This document shows positions 26,945 to 36,298 of a stretch of 64,000 bases of DNA, piece by piece. Source of the DNA: Candidatus Latescibacterota bacterium (lineage in GTDB: Bacteria > Latescibacterota > UBA2968 > UBA8231); the NCBI GenBank assembly GCA_964291625.2, contig OZ220089.1, positions 576,001-640,000 on the forward strand, in the 5' to 3' direction. Below the pieces are notes generated by a model. That model made no database searches. It saw nothing but the letters and a program-made list of their open reading frames with translations, and was not told the origin of the DNA. Numbering within the stretch: the first letter of the stretch is position 1; each line of letters begins with the position of its first letter. Position numbers and translations under genes: made by a program.

Positions 26945-28700
26945 CGGCGGTCCGCTCGGCCCGGTGGACCAGGGCCGCGTCGACGAACCCGGAGAACAGG
27001 GGCGCGGGGTTGTCCATCCGGGACTTGAACTCGGGGTGGGCCTGGGTGGCGATGAAGAACGGGTGATCGGGCAGCTCGATGAACTCCATCAGGCGCGTGC
27101 CGTCGACGCGGCGGTGGTGCCCGGAGAACACCAGGCCCTCCTCCTCGAGGAGCTCGACGAAACGCGGCGAGATCTCGTAGCGGTGGCGGTGACGCTCCAG
27201 CACCACCTTGTCGCGGTCGATCATGATCTGCCCGATGCGGAAGGACTCCTCGGGGGTGTCGAGGAGTTGGCGGATGCGCGCCCCGTCCTCGAGGATCCGC
27301 CCCGAGCGCTCGTAGATCTCGAGGACCCGGCTGTCCTTGCGCAGCACCGCGGCGTAGGCGCCGAGGCGCATGCTGGCGCCGTAGCGATTCTCCTCCAGGG
27401 CGTGCTTCTGGCTTTCCTGGATGGCCACCACCTGGTAGTCGGAGTCATCGGAGAACTCCTCGGAGGTGGCGCGCTCGATGCCGGCCACGTGGCGGGCGTA
27501 CTCGATGACGGCCAGCTGCATGCCGTAGCACAGCCCCAGAAAGGGCACCCCCTGCGCGCGGGCCAGGCGGATGGCGGCGATCACCCCCTCCGCCCCCCCC
27601 TCGCCGAAGGCCCCCGGCACGATGATGCCGCCGTAGTCCAGCAACTCCTCGACGCTGCGCTCACCGCTCTCGAAGTCGCGGCCGTCGATCCAGGTGATGT
27701 CCACGCCGGTGTCGCGGGACACGCCGGCGTGCAGCAGGGACTGGTTCACGGAGATGTAGGAGTCCGTAAGCTGGAAGTCGCCGATCTCGACGTACTTGCC
27801 GACCATCGCCACGGGCAGCCTGCGGGCCGGGCTCTTGCTGTGCTCCAGCAGCCTCTCCCAGCGGCCCCAGTCGGGCTGGCGGCGGGGATCGAACCCCAAC
27901 TTTGCCAGCATCTTCGCCCCCAGCCCTTCCTCCTCCAGGCGGACCGGGATGTCGTATATCGTGGCCATGTCCGGCGCCGAGATGATGTGCTCCTTCGGCA
28001 CGTTGGCGTTGACCATGATCTTCTTCTTGCGCACATCGTCGAGGGGGGACTCGGCGCGGCAGATGATGAAGTCCGGAAAGATGCCCTGCTGGGACAGCAG
28101 CCGGATCGCCTGCTGCGTCGGCTTCGTCTTCATCTCCCCCACGTGGCTGGGAATGGGCAGATAGGTGATCAGCACGTAGAGGAAGTGCTCCTCGCCGAGC
28201 TCACGCTCCATGCCCTTCACGGCGAAGAGGAACAACTCGTTCTCGTAGTCCCCGCCGGTGCCGCCGATCTCGATGAGGACGATGTCGAATCCCTCGCCGG
28301 CCTCGACGATGCGGCGCTGCACCTCGTCGGTGAGGTGGGGGATCGGTTGCACGGTGTGGCCGAGGTACTCGCCCCGGCGCTCGCGCTCGATGACGGTGTG
28401 GTAGATCTGGCCGGTGGTCAGGTTGTTGCGCCGCGGCAGGTCGATACCCAGGAAGCGCTCGTAGTTGCCCAGGTCCTGGTCGATCTCGCCGCCGTCGTCG
28501 GTGACGAAGACCTCGCCGTGCTCGGTGGGCCGCATCGTGCCGGCGTCGTAGTTGATGTAGGGATCGATCTTGACGGCGGTGGTGCGGTACCCGTACTCGC
28601 GGAGAATGCGGCCCATGGAGGCGGTGGTGAGCCCCTTGCCGACGCCGCTCATCACGCCGCCGGCGACGACGATGAACTTGGGACCCGCGTACTCCGTCAC
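26922..28700 (-). CDS. pyrG: CTP synthase
   Basis: GGVMSGVGKG, KIDPYIN, KTKPTQ, GLCYGMQ (catalytic Cys), RHRHRYE, HPEFKS; GTG start 28700. Confidence 0.96.
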   Translation of the reverse strand: MTEYAGPKFIVVAGGVMSGVGKGLTTASMGRILREYGYRTTAVKIDPYINYDAGTMRPTEHGEVFVTDDGGEIDQDLGNYERFLGIDLPRRNNLTTGQIYHTVIERERRGEYLGHTVQPIPHLTDEVQRRIVEAGEGFDIVLIEIGGTGGDYENELFLFAVKGMERELGEEHFLYVLITYLPIPSHVGEMKTKPTQQAIRLLSQQGIFPDFIICRAESPLDDVRKKKIMVNANVPKEHIISAPDMATIYDIPVRLEEEGLGAKMLAKLGFDPRRQPDWGRWERLLEHSKSPARRLPVAMVGKYVEIGDFQLTDSYISVNQSLLHAGVSRDTGVDITWIDGRDFESGERSVEELLDYGGIIVPGAFGEGGAEGVIAAIRLARAQGVPFLGLCYGMQLAVIEYARHVAGIERATSEEFSDDSDYQVVAIQESQKHALEENRYGASMRLGAYAAVLRKDSRVLEIYERSGRILEDGARIRQLLDTPEESFRIGQIMIDRDKVVLERHRHRYEISPRFVELLEEEGLVFSGHHRRVDGTRLMEFIELPDHPFFIATQAHPEFKSRMDNPAPLFSGFVDAALVHRAERTADVRASAP

Positions 28701-28755
28701 GCTCTTCCTCCGGCTCCTGTGGCGCCGCGGCGGCCCCGGAGCCGCGCGGAGAGGC

Positions 28756-29043
28756 TCACTCGATGATCCTGGGGACCCGGAAACACCCGTCCCTCGTGTC
28801 GGGCGCCTGGGCGAGCAGTTCCGTCCGTCCGTCGAAGGGCACGGCCTCGTCCCGGCGCAGGACGCCGGCCACCGGCGTGGCGTGGGAGGTGGGCTCCACG
28901 CCGTCGGTGTCGAGCTCGTTGAGCTTTTCCATGTAGGCGAGGATGCGGCCGAGCTCGGCGGTGAGGCGCTCTTCCTGCGGCGCCGACAGATCCAGGCGGG
29001 CCAGGGCCGCAACCCGCTTCACGTCGTCGATGGTGACCGCCAT
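28756..29043 (-). CDS. gatC: Asp/Glu-tRNA amidotransferase subunit C
   Basis: VKRVAALARL...LNELDTDGVEPT...LRRDE...FRVPRIIE. Confidence 0.92.
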   Translation of the reverse strand: MAVTIDDVKRVAALARLDLSAPQEERLTAELGRILAYMEKLNELDTDGVEPTSHATPVAGVLRRDEAVPFDGRTELLAQAPDTRDGCFRVPRIIE

Positions 29044-29174
29044 GGAAGCCTCAACGAAGAAGGCCCGGGGCAGGCCCGGGCGCCGGTGAAATATGCCCCG
29101 GCCCCGGGGCCGGCGCAAGAAAGCGGCATCCTCGGCTGCCGGTCCCCGGGAGCCGCCGGGCCGCCCTATATTCG

Positions 29175-29666
29175 ATGGCCATGGCCTCCCACCGCCCCTT
29201 CACCGTCGACCAGGCGAACGGCATGATCCCCTGGCTGGAGTCGGTCCTCGAACGGCTGGACCGGCACCGGGAAAGCTGGCTCCGGCACTACGAAGGCCTG
29301 CAGATCCTGCAGACCTTGTGGGGTGACGACGTCGAGTCGGCGGATAACCCGGACCACGCCGAGCTCCTCGACCACCGCCGCGCCATGGAGACCGAGTCAG
29401 CGGCGGTGGAGAGGATCGTGCGCGAGGACATCCTCGGCCACGGGCTGCGGTTCCCCGCCGGCGGCCTGGAACAGGGGATCGTCGACTTCCCCACGACCTT
29501 CGAGGGCCGCTGGGTCTACCTGTGCTGGCGCCGCGGCGAGCCCGGGATCGGCCACTGGCACGAGGTCGACGGCGGCTTCGGCGGACGCCGCGAGATCACC
29601 GACGAGCACGTCATCGGCATGGGTCGGGACGACGAGCTCCCCGACGATTCGGTCCTCGACTTCTGA
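29175..29666 (+). CDS. DUF2203 family protein
   Basis: FTVDQAN, GIVDFP, VYLCWRRGEPGIGHWHEVDGGFGGRR. Confidence 0.85.
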   Translation: MAMASHRPFTVDQANGMIPWLESVLERLDRHRESWLRHYEGLQILQTLWGDDVESADNPDHAELLDHRRAMETESAAVERIVREDILGHGLRFPAGGLEQGIVDFPTTFEGRWVYLCWRRGEPGIGHWHEVDGGFGGRREITDEHVIGMGRDDELPDDSVLDF

Positions 29667-29690
29667 CCGTCCGGCAGCCCGCCCCCTGCC

Positions 29691-29719
29691 TTGCCAGGGT
29701 CCCCACATGATGGTATCGT
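29691..29719 (+). promoter_or_regulatory. Candidate sigma70 promoter of smc
   Basis: TTGCCA-N17-TATCGT with extended TG. Confidence 0.5.
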
Positions 29720-29801
29720 TCCACTGCTGCTCCCCAGCCGGTAGTGGTCCGCCCCCTCTCCCCCCTCCAGCGCCCGCGCCTCCGGCGAGGAGATTCCGGC
29801 C

Positions 29802-32800
29802 TTGCGCCTGACCCATCTCGACCTCTTCGGCTTCAAGTCCTTCCTCGACAAGACCGAGATCCCCTTCGGCCCCGGGATCTCCGGGATCGTGGGTCCCAAC
29901 GGCTGCGGCAAGTCCAACATCGTCGAGGCGATCCGCTGGGTCCTCGGCGAGCAGCGCGCCGGCGCCGTCCGCGGCCACCGCATGGAGGACGTGATCTTCG
30001 CCGGCACCCGGGGCCGCAAACCCCTGGGGATGTGCGAGGTATCGCTGACCATCGACAACGCCGAGCAGGGGTTGGCCATCGACTACTCGGAGGTGACGCT
30101 CACCCGCCGCCTCTTCCGCTCGGGCGACAGCGACTATCTGCTGAACAAGGTCCCCTGCCGGCTCCTCGACATCCAGAACCTGCTGATGGACACCGGCCTG
30201 GGCCCGGGAGCCTACTCCGTCATGGAGCAGGGGATGGTCGACGAGATCGTCGACGACCGGACCGAGAACCGCCGCCGCATCCTCGAGGAGGCGGCGGGGA
30301 TCACCAAGTACAAGGCCCGCCGGCGGTCGACCTGGAGCAAGCTCGAGTCGACGCGGGCGGACCTGCAGCGCATCGAGGACGTCGTCGGCGAGATCAAGCG
30401 CAACGTCGACCTCCTCGGACGGCAGGTGGGCAGGGCCCGCCGCTACCAGGAGCTCAAGGCCGAGCTCGACGACCTCGACGTGCGCCACGGACGGCACGAG
30501 TTCTTCTCTCTTCAGGAGCGGCTGCAGCCCCTGCAGCAGGAGTTCGACGAGCTGTCGAGAACGGTCGAGGCGGGGCTGACGAGGTTCACGGGCCTCGAAG
30601 CGGAGCTGGAGACGGAGCGCCTCGGCCTCACCGAGTCCGAGGGAGCCCTGCAGGAGGCCGGCCGGCGCCTCTCGCAGTGCCAGGAAGAGATCCACGCCCT
30701 CGACACGCACCTCGTCTCGTCGCGGGAGCAGCGCAAGGCCAGGGACGAGTCGATGCAGCGGGCCTCCGAACAGCGGGAGGAGTCCCGGCGCCAGCTTGGC
30801 GAGGCCGGGGCCCGCCTCGACGAGACCCGATCAAGCCTGGAGCGGTCGGAGGCCGAGGCCGCCGGAATGGCGGACCGCCTGCGGTCCCAGAAGGAGAGGA
30901 CCGGCGCCGCCGACGAGGAGTTCGACTCCGTCCGAGCTGGCCTGGAGGGCGAGAACCGCCGCCTGCGCGAGCTGCTGCGCGAGAAGAGCGAGGGCAGCGA
31001 GTCGATGGCCCGCCTGCGCAGCGAGCGCCAGGGGCTGGAACAGATGGCGGAGCACCTGCGCGCCGAGGCCGCCGAGGACGACGACGGCCTGAACCAGGCC
31101 CGCGGGTCGGTGGCGGCGGCCGAGTCGTTGCTGGAGACGCGCCGGGGGCGGATCACGGCCATCTCCGCCGCCCTGGACTCTGCCGCCAGGCGAGGGTCCG
31201 AAGCCGCCTCGGCGGCCTCCGCCCACGGCGGTCCCCTGGCCGACCTGCGCCGCGACATCGAGTCCGGGCGCGCCCGCCTGCAGGGTCTGGAGCGGCTGCG
31301 CTCCGGGTACGAGGGCTACGGCGGGGGAGTCCGGGAACTGCTCGTCGATTCCCCCTGCTCCGGGCTGTTCGAGGGCGTCCTCGGGGACCTGATCGAGGTC
31401 GAGCCAGGCCTGGAACGCGCCGTGGAGACCGCCCTGGGCGATGCCGTGGAGGCCCTCGTGGCCCGCGGGGACGAGGGCCTGCTGGAGGCCCTGGAGTACC
31501 TCCGCGGCCGCTCCGGCCGCGCCGGGATCTACCCCCTCTCCTGGCAGACCGGCCCCGGGGAACCGGCCGTGGACCCGAGCGGCGTCGACGGGGTCTCGGG
31601 GCCCTTGGCGGAGCGGGTCCGGGCGGGGGACCACCTGGCTCCGCTGTTGAACCGGCTGCTGCACAACACCTTCGTCGTGGACGATCTGCCCACGGCTGTC
31701 GCCCTCGCCCGCCGGCACCGCGGACTGCCCATGCGCCTGGTGACCGCCGGCGGCGAGGGGATCGGCACCGACGGCCGCCTGACCGGAGGCGCCGAGGCGC
31801 CGGAGGAGGGCCTGCTCCACCGGCGGCGGGAGATCGCCGAACTGCGCTTCGCTCTGTCCCGCCGGCAGGCGCGTCTGGCTGCTGCCGAGGCGCTGGCCGC
31901 GGCGGAGGTCAGGCGCTGCGGCATCCTCGATGCCCGCGTCGAGGCCCTGACCCGGGGGCTGGAGGACGAAAGCCGGGCCGAAGCCGGAGAGCGCCTGCAA
32001 CTGCGCTCCGCCCGCGAGGAACAGCACCGGCTGAGGGCCCGGCGGGAGCAGCAGCAGGCCCGTCTGGCCGCCACCGAGGGGAAGCTGCAGAAGCTGGCCG
32101 GCAGCGCCCCCCGGGAGGAGGCCCGGCTGGCCGCGATCGAGGAGGAGATCTCGGAACTCGAAGGCCGGATCCAGGCCGGGGAGGAGCGGCTGAAAGCCGC
32201 CGAGGGGGCTCGCCGGGAGCAGCAGGAGGCCCTCAACGGGTTGCGCCTGGAGAGCGTCCGGATCGACGCCGAGGCCAGGGCCCTGCGGGACGAGTGCGGG
32301 CGCCTCGAGCGCCTCCACAAGAGCCACCAGACCTCGATCGAGCGGCTGCAGGACGAGGTCGCCCGGGCCGACCGGGAGAGGGCCCGCCTGGGGGCGGAGG
32401 AAGAGGCGATCACCACCCAGCTGGCCGTCCGGCACAAGGAACGCGAGGGCCTGGAAGGCGAGCGTCAGGAGCGCCACCGCCAGTGGCAGGACCGCACCAC
32501 CGGAGCCCGCGGACTGGAGGAGGAGATCGGCCGCCTGCAGCGGGAACTGGGCGCCGATCAGGAGCGCCGCCATCGGCAGGAGCTGCAGCTGGCGGAGATG
32601 AAGGCCGAGTGCCGCCGGATCGAGGGGCGCCTGAACGAGGAGTACGAGGTTGCCGTAGCCTCCCTCGGCCCCCTGGACGAGACCGACTTCGACGCCGCCG
32701 CCGCCGCCGAGCGGCTGGAGCGCATCCGCCGCTCCATCGCCCGGCTGGGCTCGGTTGACGTGGGGGTGCTGCAGGACTACGAGGAGCAGAAGGAGCGCTA

Positions 32801-33362
32801 CGACTTCCTCTGCCGGCAGCGCGACGACCTCGAGTCGGCCGCCGAGGATCTGCGCAAGGCCCTTCAGCGCATCGACCGCGTCGCCCGGAGCAAGTTCCGC
32901 GAGACCTTCGCCGAGATCCGCGAGAAGTTCCGCGAGACCTTCGCCAGGTTCTTTCCCGGCGGCGAGGCCGATCTGTCACTGGAGGCGGACGTAGACCCCC
33001 TGGAGTCGAACATCGAGATCACCGCCCGGCCCCGCGGCAAGCGCCTGCAGAGCATCGGCCTGCTCTCCGGCGGCGAGCGTGCCCTGACGGCGATCTCCCT
33101 GCTCTTCGCCATCTACCTGGTCAAGCCGAGTCCCTGGTGCATCCTCGACGAGGTCGACGCGCCTCTGGACGACGCCAACACCGAGCGCTTCCTGCGGGTG
33201 CTGCGGGAGTTCGCACGCACCACCCAGTTCATCCTGGTGACCCACAACAAGCTGTCCATGGCATCGGCCGACTCCCTGCACGGCGTGACCATGCCGGAGG
33301 AGGGCGTGTCGCAGCTGGTCTCGGTGCAGGTTGTGGAGGAGATGCTCGAAGCGGCGGGCTGA
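29802..33362 (+). CDS. smc: Chromosome segregation protein SMC
   Basis: GFKSF, Walker A GPNGCGKSN, long coiled coils, hinge GVLGDLIEV, LSGGE, LDEVDAPLD. Confidence 0.97.
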   Translation: MRLTHLDLFGFKSFLDKTEIPFGPGISGIVGPNGCGKSNIVEAIRWVLGEQRAGAVRGHRMEDVIFAGTRGRKPLGMCEVSLTIDNAEQGLAIDYSEVTLTRRLFRSGDSDYLLNKVPCRLLDIQNLLMDTGLGPGAYSVMEQGMVDEIVDDRTENRRRILEEAAGITKYKARRRSTWSKLESTRADLQRIEDVVGEIKRNVDLLGRQVGRARRYQELKAELDDLDVRHGRHEFFSLQERLQPLQQEFDELSRTVEAGLTRFTGLEAELETERLGLTESEGALQEAGRRLSQCQEEIHALDTHLVSSREQRKARDESMQRASEQREESRRQLGEAGARLDETRSSLERSEAEAAGMADRLRSQKERTGAADEEFDSVRAGLEGENRRLRELLREKSEGSESMARLRSERQGLEQMAEHLRAEAAEDDDGLNQARGSVAAAESLLETRRGRITAISAALDSAARRGSEAASAASAHGGPLADLRRDIESGRARLQGLERLRSGYEGYGGGVRELLVDSPCSGLFEGVLGDLIEVEPGLERAVETALGDAVEALVARGDEGLLEALEYLRGRSGRAGIYPLSWQTGPGEPAVDPSGVDGVSGPLAERVRAGDHLAPLLNRLLHNTFVVDDLPTAVALARRHRGLPMRLVTAGGEGIGTDGRLTGGAEAPEEGLLHRRREIAELRFALSRRQARLAAAEALAAAEVRRCGILDARVEALTRGLEDESRAEAGERLQLRSAREEQHRLRARREQQQARLAATEGKLQKLAGSAPREEARLAAIEEEISELEGRIQAGEERLKAAEGARREQQEALNGLRLESVRIDAEARALRDECGRLERLHKSHQTSIERLQDEVARADRERARLGAEEEAITTQLAVRHKEREGLEGERQERHRQWQDRTTGARGLEEEIGRLQRELGADQERRHRQELQLAEMKAECRRIEGRLNEEYEVAVASLGPLDETDFDAAAAAERLERIRRSIARLGSVDVGVLQDYEEQKERYDFLCRQRDDLESAAEDLRKALQRIDRVARSKFRETFAEIREKFRETFARFFPGGEADLSLEADVDPLESNIEITARPRGKRLQSIGLLSGGERALTAISLLFAIYLVKPSPWCILDEVDAPLDDANTERFLRVLREFARTTQFILVTHNKLSMASADSLHGVTMPEEGVSQLVSVQVVEEMLEAAG

Positions 33363-33369
33363 GGCGGCC

Positions 33370-34224
33370 TCAGCCTTCCCGCAACCCGTACGGGTCCTGC
33401 TCCACCAGCATCCGAGCCCGTTGAGCGGTCCGCTCGTCCTTCGAGCCCAGGGCCTCCCGCAGGAAGGCCGGATTCTCCACGAGGAAACGGCGCATGGCCC
33501 CGCCGGGGTCGCCGAGGTAGTCGGCGAGCACGGCGTGCTGGGCGGCACTGATCAGGCCGCGGCGGTGCAGCTCGGCGAACAGCGCCCCGTCGACGCGCAG
33601 GCACGCCTCGGCGTCGACTCCGCAGGCGGCGATCACCTCCATCCCCCCCTGTCCGCGGTCGACGACGTTGGCGCTCACCGCCATGTCGCCGCCGCGGCCT
33701 CGCAAGGCCGGGATCCAGGCGCGCGTGTAGGAGGAGGCCTCGGTCACCAGGTCGGCCACGTGGGCGGTACGCCGTCCCCTCAGGTCCTCCACCGGGGCCA
33801 GGAGGTTCCCCTCGGCCATCAGGGCGCCGCTGTCCTTGTAGAGGTAGAGGTGCGGCAGCCCGGTCCTCAGGGCGGCGCCCGTGGAGAAGAACCAGTCCCG
33901 CCGCTCCCCTCCCGAGACCCAGTCGACCCCACCCTCGGGCTCACGTCCGCGGATCGAGGCGGCGAGAGCGTCGATCACCCCGGCATAGCCCGGGTCCGAA
34001 GCCAGTTGCGAGGAGACGCGCTCCTGCAGGCGGGCGTGGAAGTCGGCGGATCTCGACTCGGCATCGATGAAGGCGAGCAGCTCCCCGGCGCGCTCCGGGC
34101 CGCCGAAGAGGAAGTGGGTGTTGATGTAGTACGGTCCAACCGTGCCGGAGGTGTACCAGAACACCTGCCCCGGGGGCGCGATGCGCAACGCCTCGGAGCG
34201 CACGAGGGACTCGAGCAGGTCCAT
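33370..34224 (-). CDS. Type I phosphoribosyltransferase, divergent orotate PRTase-like
   Basis: FWYTSGTVGPYYIN, variant PRPP loop VADLVTEASS, VVDRGQGG; ATG overlaps rmlC stop. Confidence 0.6.
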   Translation of the reverse strand: MDLLESLVRSEALRIAPPGQVFWYTSGTVGPYYINTHFLFGGPERAGELLAFIDAESRSADFHARLQERVSSQLASDPGYAGVIDALAASIRGREPEGGVDWVSGGERRDWFFSTGAALRTGLPHLYLYKDSGALMAEGNLLAPVEDLRGRRTAHVADLVTEASSYTRAWIPALRGRGGDMAVSANVVDRGQGGMEVIAACGVDAEACLRVDGALFAELHRRGLISAAQHAVLADYLGDPGGAMRRFLVENPAFLREALGSKDERTAQRARMLVEQDPYGLREG

Positions 34225-34763
34225 CAGGGCAGGTCGGCCTCGTCGAGATCGCACAGCCGCGGATTGACGGCGTCCCGGTGGGAGATCACCGGAGGCCGGC
34301 CGGGGTCGACGCCCCAGTCGAGACCGAGGCCGGGATCGTCCCAGGCCAGGCCGTGCTCGTCGGCTCCCGTGTAGTACTGGTCGACGACGTAGAGGAAGGT
34401 CGCCTCGGAGAGGGTGTGGTAGCCGTGGGCGACCCCCGGCGGGATGAAGAGGGTGCGGAAGGACTCGCCGGCGAGCTGCAAGGTCTCGCCCAGGCCGCGG
34501 GTCGGAGAGCCCCGCCGCAGGTCGTACAGACCGACGCGCAGGGAGCCGGCCACACAGTGCCAGCAGTCGGCCTGGAGGTGGTGGAAGTGCAGGCCGCGGA
34601 GGACCCCGGGACCCGAGTGCGAGCGGTTGACCTGGAGCCGGTCCCAGGCGCGCCCGGGGAACCACTCGCGGCGGAAGATCTCGGCGAACCGGCCGCGGTC
34701 GTCGCCGAAGACGTCCAGCTCGACGGTGAAGACGCCGGCGATCCGACCTTCCTTGCGCTCCAC
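34224..34763 (-). CDS. rmlC: dTDP-4-dehydrorhamnose 3,5-epimerase
   Basis: FGDDRGRF, GVLRGLHFH, DLRRGSPT, IPPGVAHG, WDDP. Confidence 0.9.
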   Translation of the reverse strand: MERKEGRIAGVFTVELDVFGDDRGRFAEIFRREWFPGRAWDRLQVNRSHSGPGVLRGLHFHHLQADCWHCVAGSLRVGLYDLRRGSPTRGLGETLQLAGESFRTLFIPPGVAHGYHTLSEATFLYVVDQYYTGADEHGLAWDDPGLGLDWGVDPGRPPVISHRDAVNPRLCDLDEADLP

Positions 34764-34767
34764 CCCC

Positions 34768-35403
34768 TCAGCCTCCTCGGCCGCAGCACTTCTTGTGCTT
34801 GCGGCCGCTGCCGCAGGGGCAGGGGTCGTTGCGCCCCACCTTGGGCTGCTCTCGCCGGAAGGTGACCACCCGCTCCGGCAGCAGCCGCTCTCCCTCCAGC
34901 ATCTCGGCGGGGCGCCGGCCGTCGAGACCGTCTCGCGGCGTCTGCAGCCACTCGTCGTGGAGCCGGTGCAGTTCCTCCTCGCCGGGGGACTCGTGGCCGC
35001 GCTCCTGGCAGAACAGGCCGAAGTCGGCCATCAGCCGCCCCCGCGGCGAGTCGAGGACCTGCTGCAGCTGCGCGGGGTCGACACCGGGGGGAAGCGCCTG
35101 CCCGAGGGCGGCCAACTGCCCCTCGATGTCGATGCCGGGACCGGCGGCCGCTTCCGCGGGGTCCCGCGCCTCTTCCGCCGGATCTGCTTCCTCGACCGCG
35201 GCCGGACGAACCCGCGGCGCCAGCTCCGCGAGCAGGACGGCGAGGGGCTCCGCCGAGCCGGGGCGGTCGGCCGCCGCCTGCGAGGCGATCCACTCGGGAT
35301 CTTCCCCGTCCGCCAGCAGCTCCAGGATCTCCTCCGCCTCGAGCCGCCGGATGCCGTTGGTCTCGCAGAACTCCTGCAGGGTCCGTGCGGCGTCCGCCTC
35401 CAT
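34768..35403 (-). CDS. SEC-C metal-binding motif protein
   Basis: C-terminal [20 protein letters not shown]; [14 protein letters not shown]. Confidence 0.85.
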   Translation of the reverse strand: MEADAARTLQEFCETNGIRRLEAEEILELLADGEDPEWIASQAAADRPGSAEPLAVLLAELAPRVRPAAVEEADPAEEARDPAEAAAGPGIDIEGQLAALGQALPPGVDPAQLQQVLDSPRGRLMADFGLFCQERGHESPGEEELHRLHDEWLQTPRDGLDGRRPAEMLEGERLLPERVVTFRREQPKVGRNDPCPCGSGRKHKKCCGRGG

Positions 35404-35470
35404 CTCTCTCCGCTCCTGAATGGCCGCCCGAATCTAGGCCGCGTCCCTGGCTGGTCAAAGCGGGCGGGCG

Positions 35471-35505
35471 CTCAGAACTCTGACGGAGATCCTCAGAATC
35501 CTGAG
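35471..35505. promoter_or_regulatory. Tandem palindromic operator, putative enhancer (UAS)
   Basis: CTCAGAACTCTGAC (35471) and CTCAGAATCCTGAG (35492): TCAG-N4-CTGA twice, 21 bp apart. Confidence 0.55.
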
Positions 35506-35595
35506 CCGAAAGACCTGTCCCCGGCCTTGGAACCGGATTCGTCCGGGTGTTCACAATTCCTTCGGAGACAGCTGCTTACAACAGTTCCCCGAATC

Positions 35596-35612
35596 CTGGC
35601 ACGATGATTGCC
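35596..35612 (+). promoter_or_regulatory. Sigma54 -24/-12 promoter of ECF sigma gene
   Basis: CTGGCACGATGATTGCC, near-perfect TGGCAC-N5-TTGC consensus ~55 bp before ATG 35666. Confidence 0.75.
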
Positions 35613-35665
35613 ACCAGGAGACCAGACCAGATCCCCATCAGCCCCGTCAACCGATGGAGGCAGTC

Positions 35666-36279
35666 ATGGATGCCAAGCAAGCCCTCGCTGATCGCAACCT
35701 GCTGCGGCAGGCCGCCCACGACACCAACCATCTCGCGGCCCTCGTGCGGCGCTACCGCGCCCCCTGTTCAGCTTCGTCTATCGCTTCGTGGGCGACCGCG
35801 AGACCGCCGAGGACATCGTGCAGGAGACCTTCCTGCGATGCCTGCGGCACAAGCACCAGTATCCCGCCATCGAGCAGGTCTCGACCTGGCTCTATACGAT
35901 CGCCGGCAACCTGGCCAAGACCGAGCTGCGCCGGCGCAAGCGCTGGCACTGGGTCCCCATCGGCCCGATGCCCGAGGAGGAGGAGCGCGTCTCCTGCTAC
36001 GAGCCAGTGGACTCGGACCCGCTTCCTGGCGAGTATACGGATGCGCGCAAGGTCCACTCCTCGGTGGCCCGAGCGATCGACGAGCTGCCCGCCGAGTTCC
36101 GGGAGGCGGTGGAGCTGCGCGACCTCAACGGCCTCTCCTACGAGGAGATCGCCAAGATCATCGACTGCCCGGTGGGCACGGTGAAGTCCCGCGTCAACCG
36201 GGGACGCCTGCGGCTGCAGAAGCGTCTGCGCTCCCTGGCCGACGAGTTCCTCGGAGAGCTCATGCCGGCCGCCGCCTGA
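35666..36279 (+). pseudogene. ECF (sigma70 group 4) sigma factor with a 1-nt frameshift (real or assembly error)
   Basis: N-terminus ...LAALVRRYRAP in one frame, LFSFVYRFVGDRETAEDIVQETF...STWLYTIAGN...GLSYEEIA...GTVKSRVNRGR in another; break at C5 run 35760-35764. Confidence 0.8.
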
Positions 36280-36298
36280 GTCCGCGAAAGGACCCGAC

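Noticed and set aside
28756-29043. Orphan gatC as unusual
   Set aside because: Dispersed gatCAB genes are common in many bacteria
32892-32945. Exact 21-nt direct repeat AAGTTCCGCGAGACCTTCGCC in smc
   Set aside because: In frame (KFRETFA twice) in a periodic coiled-coil region; only two copies, no element features
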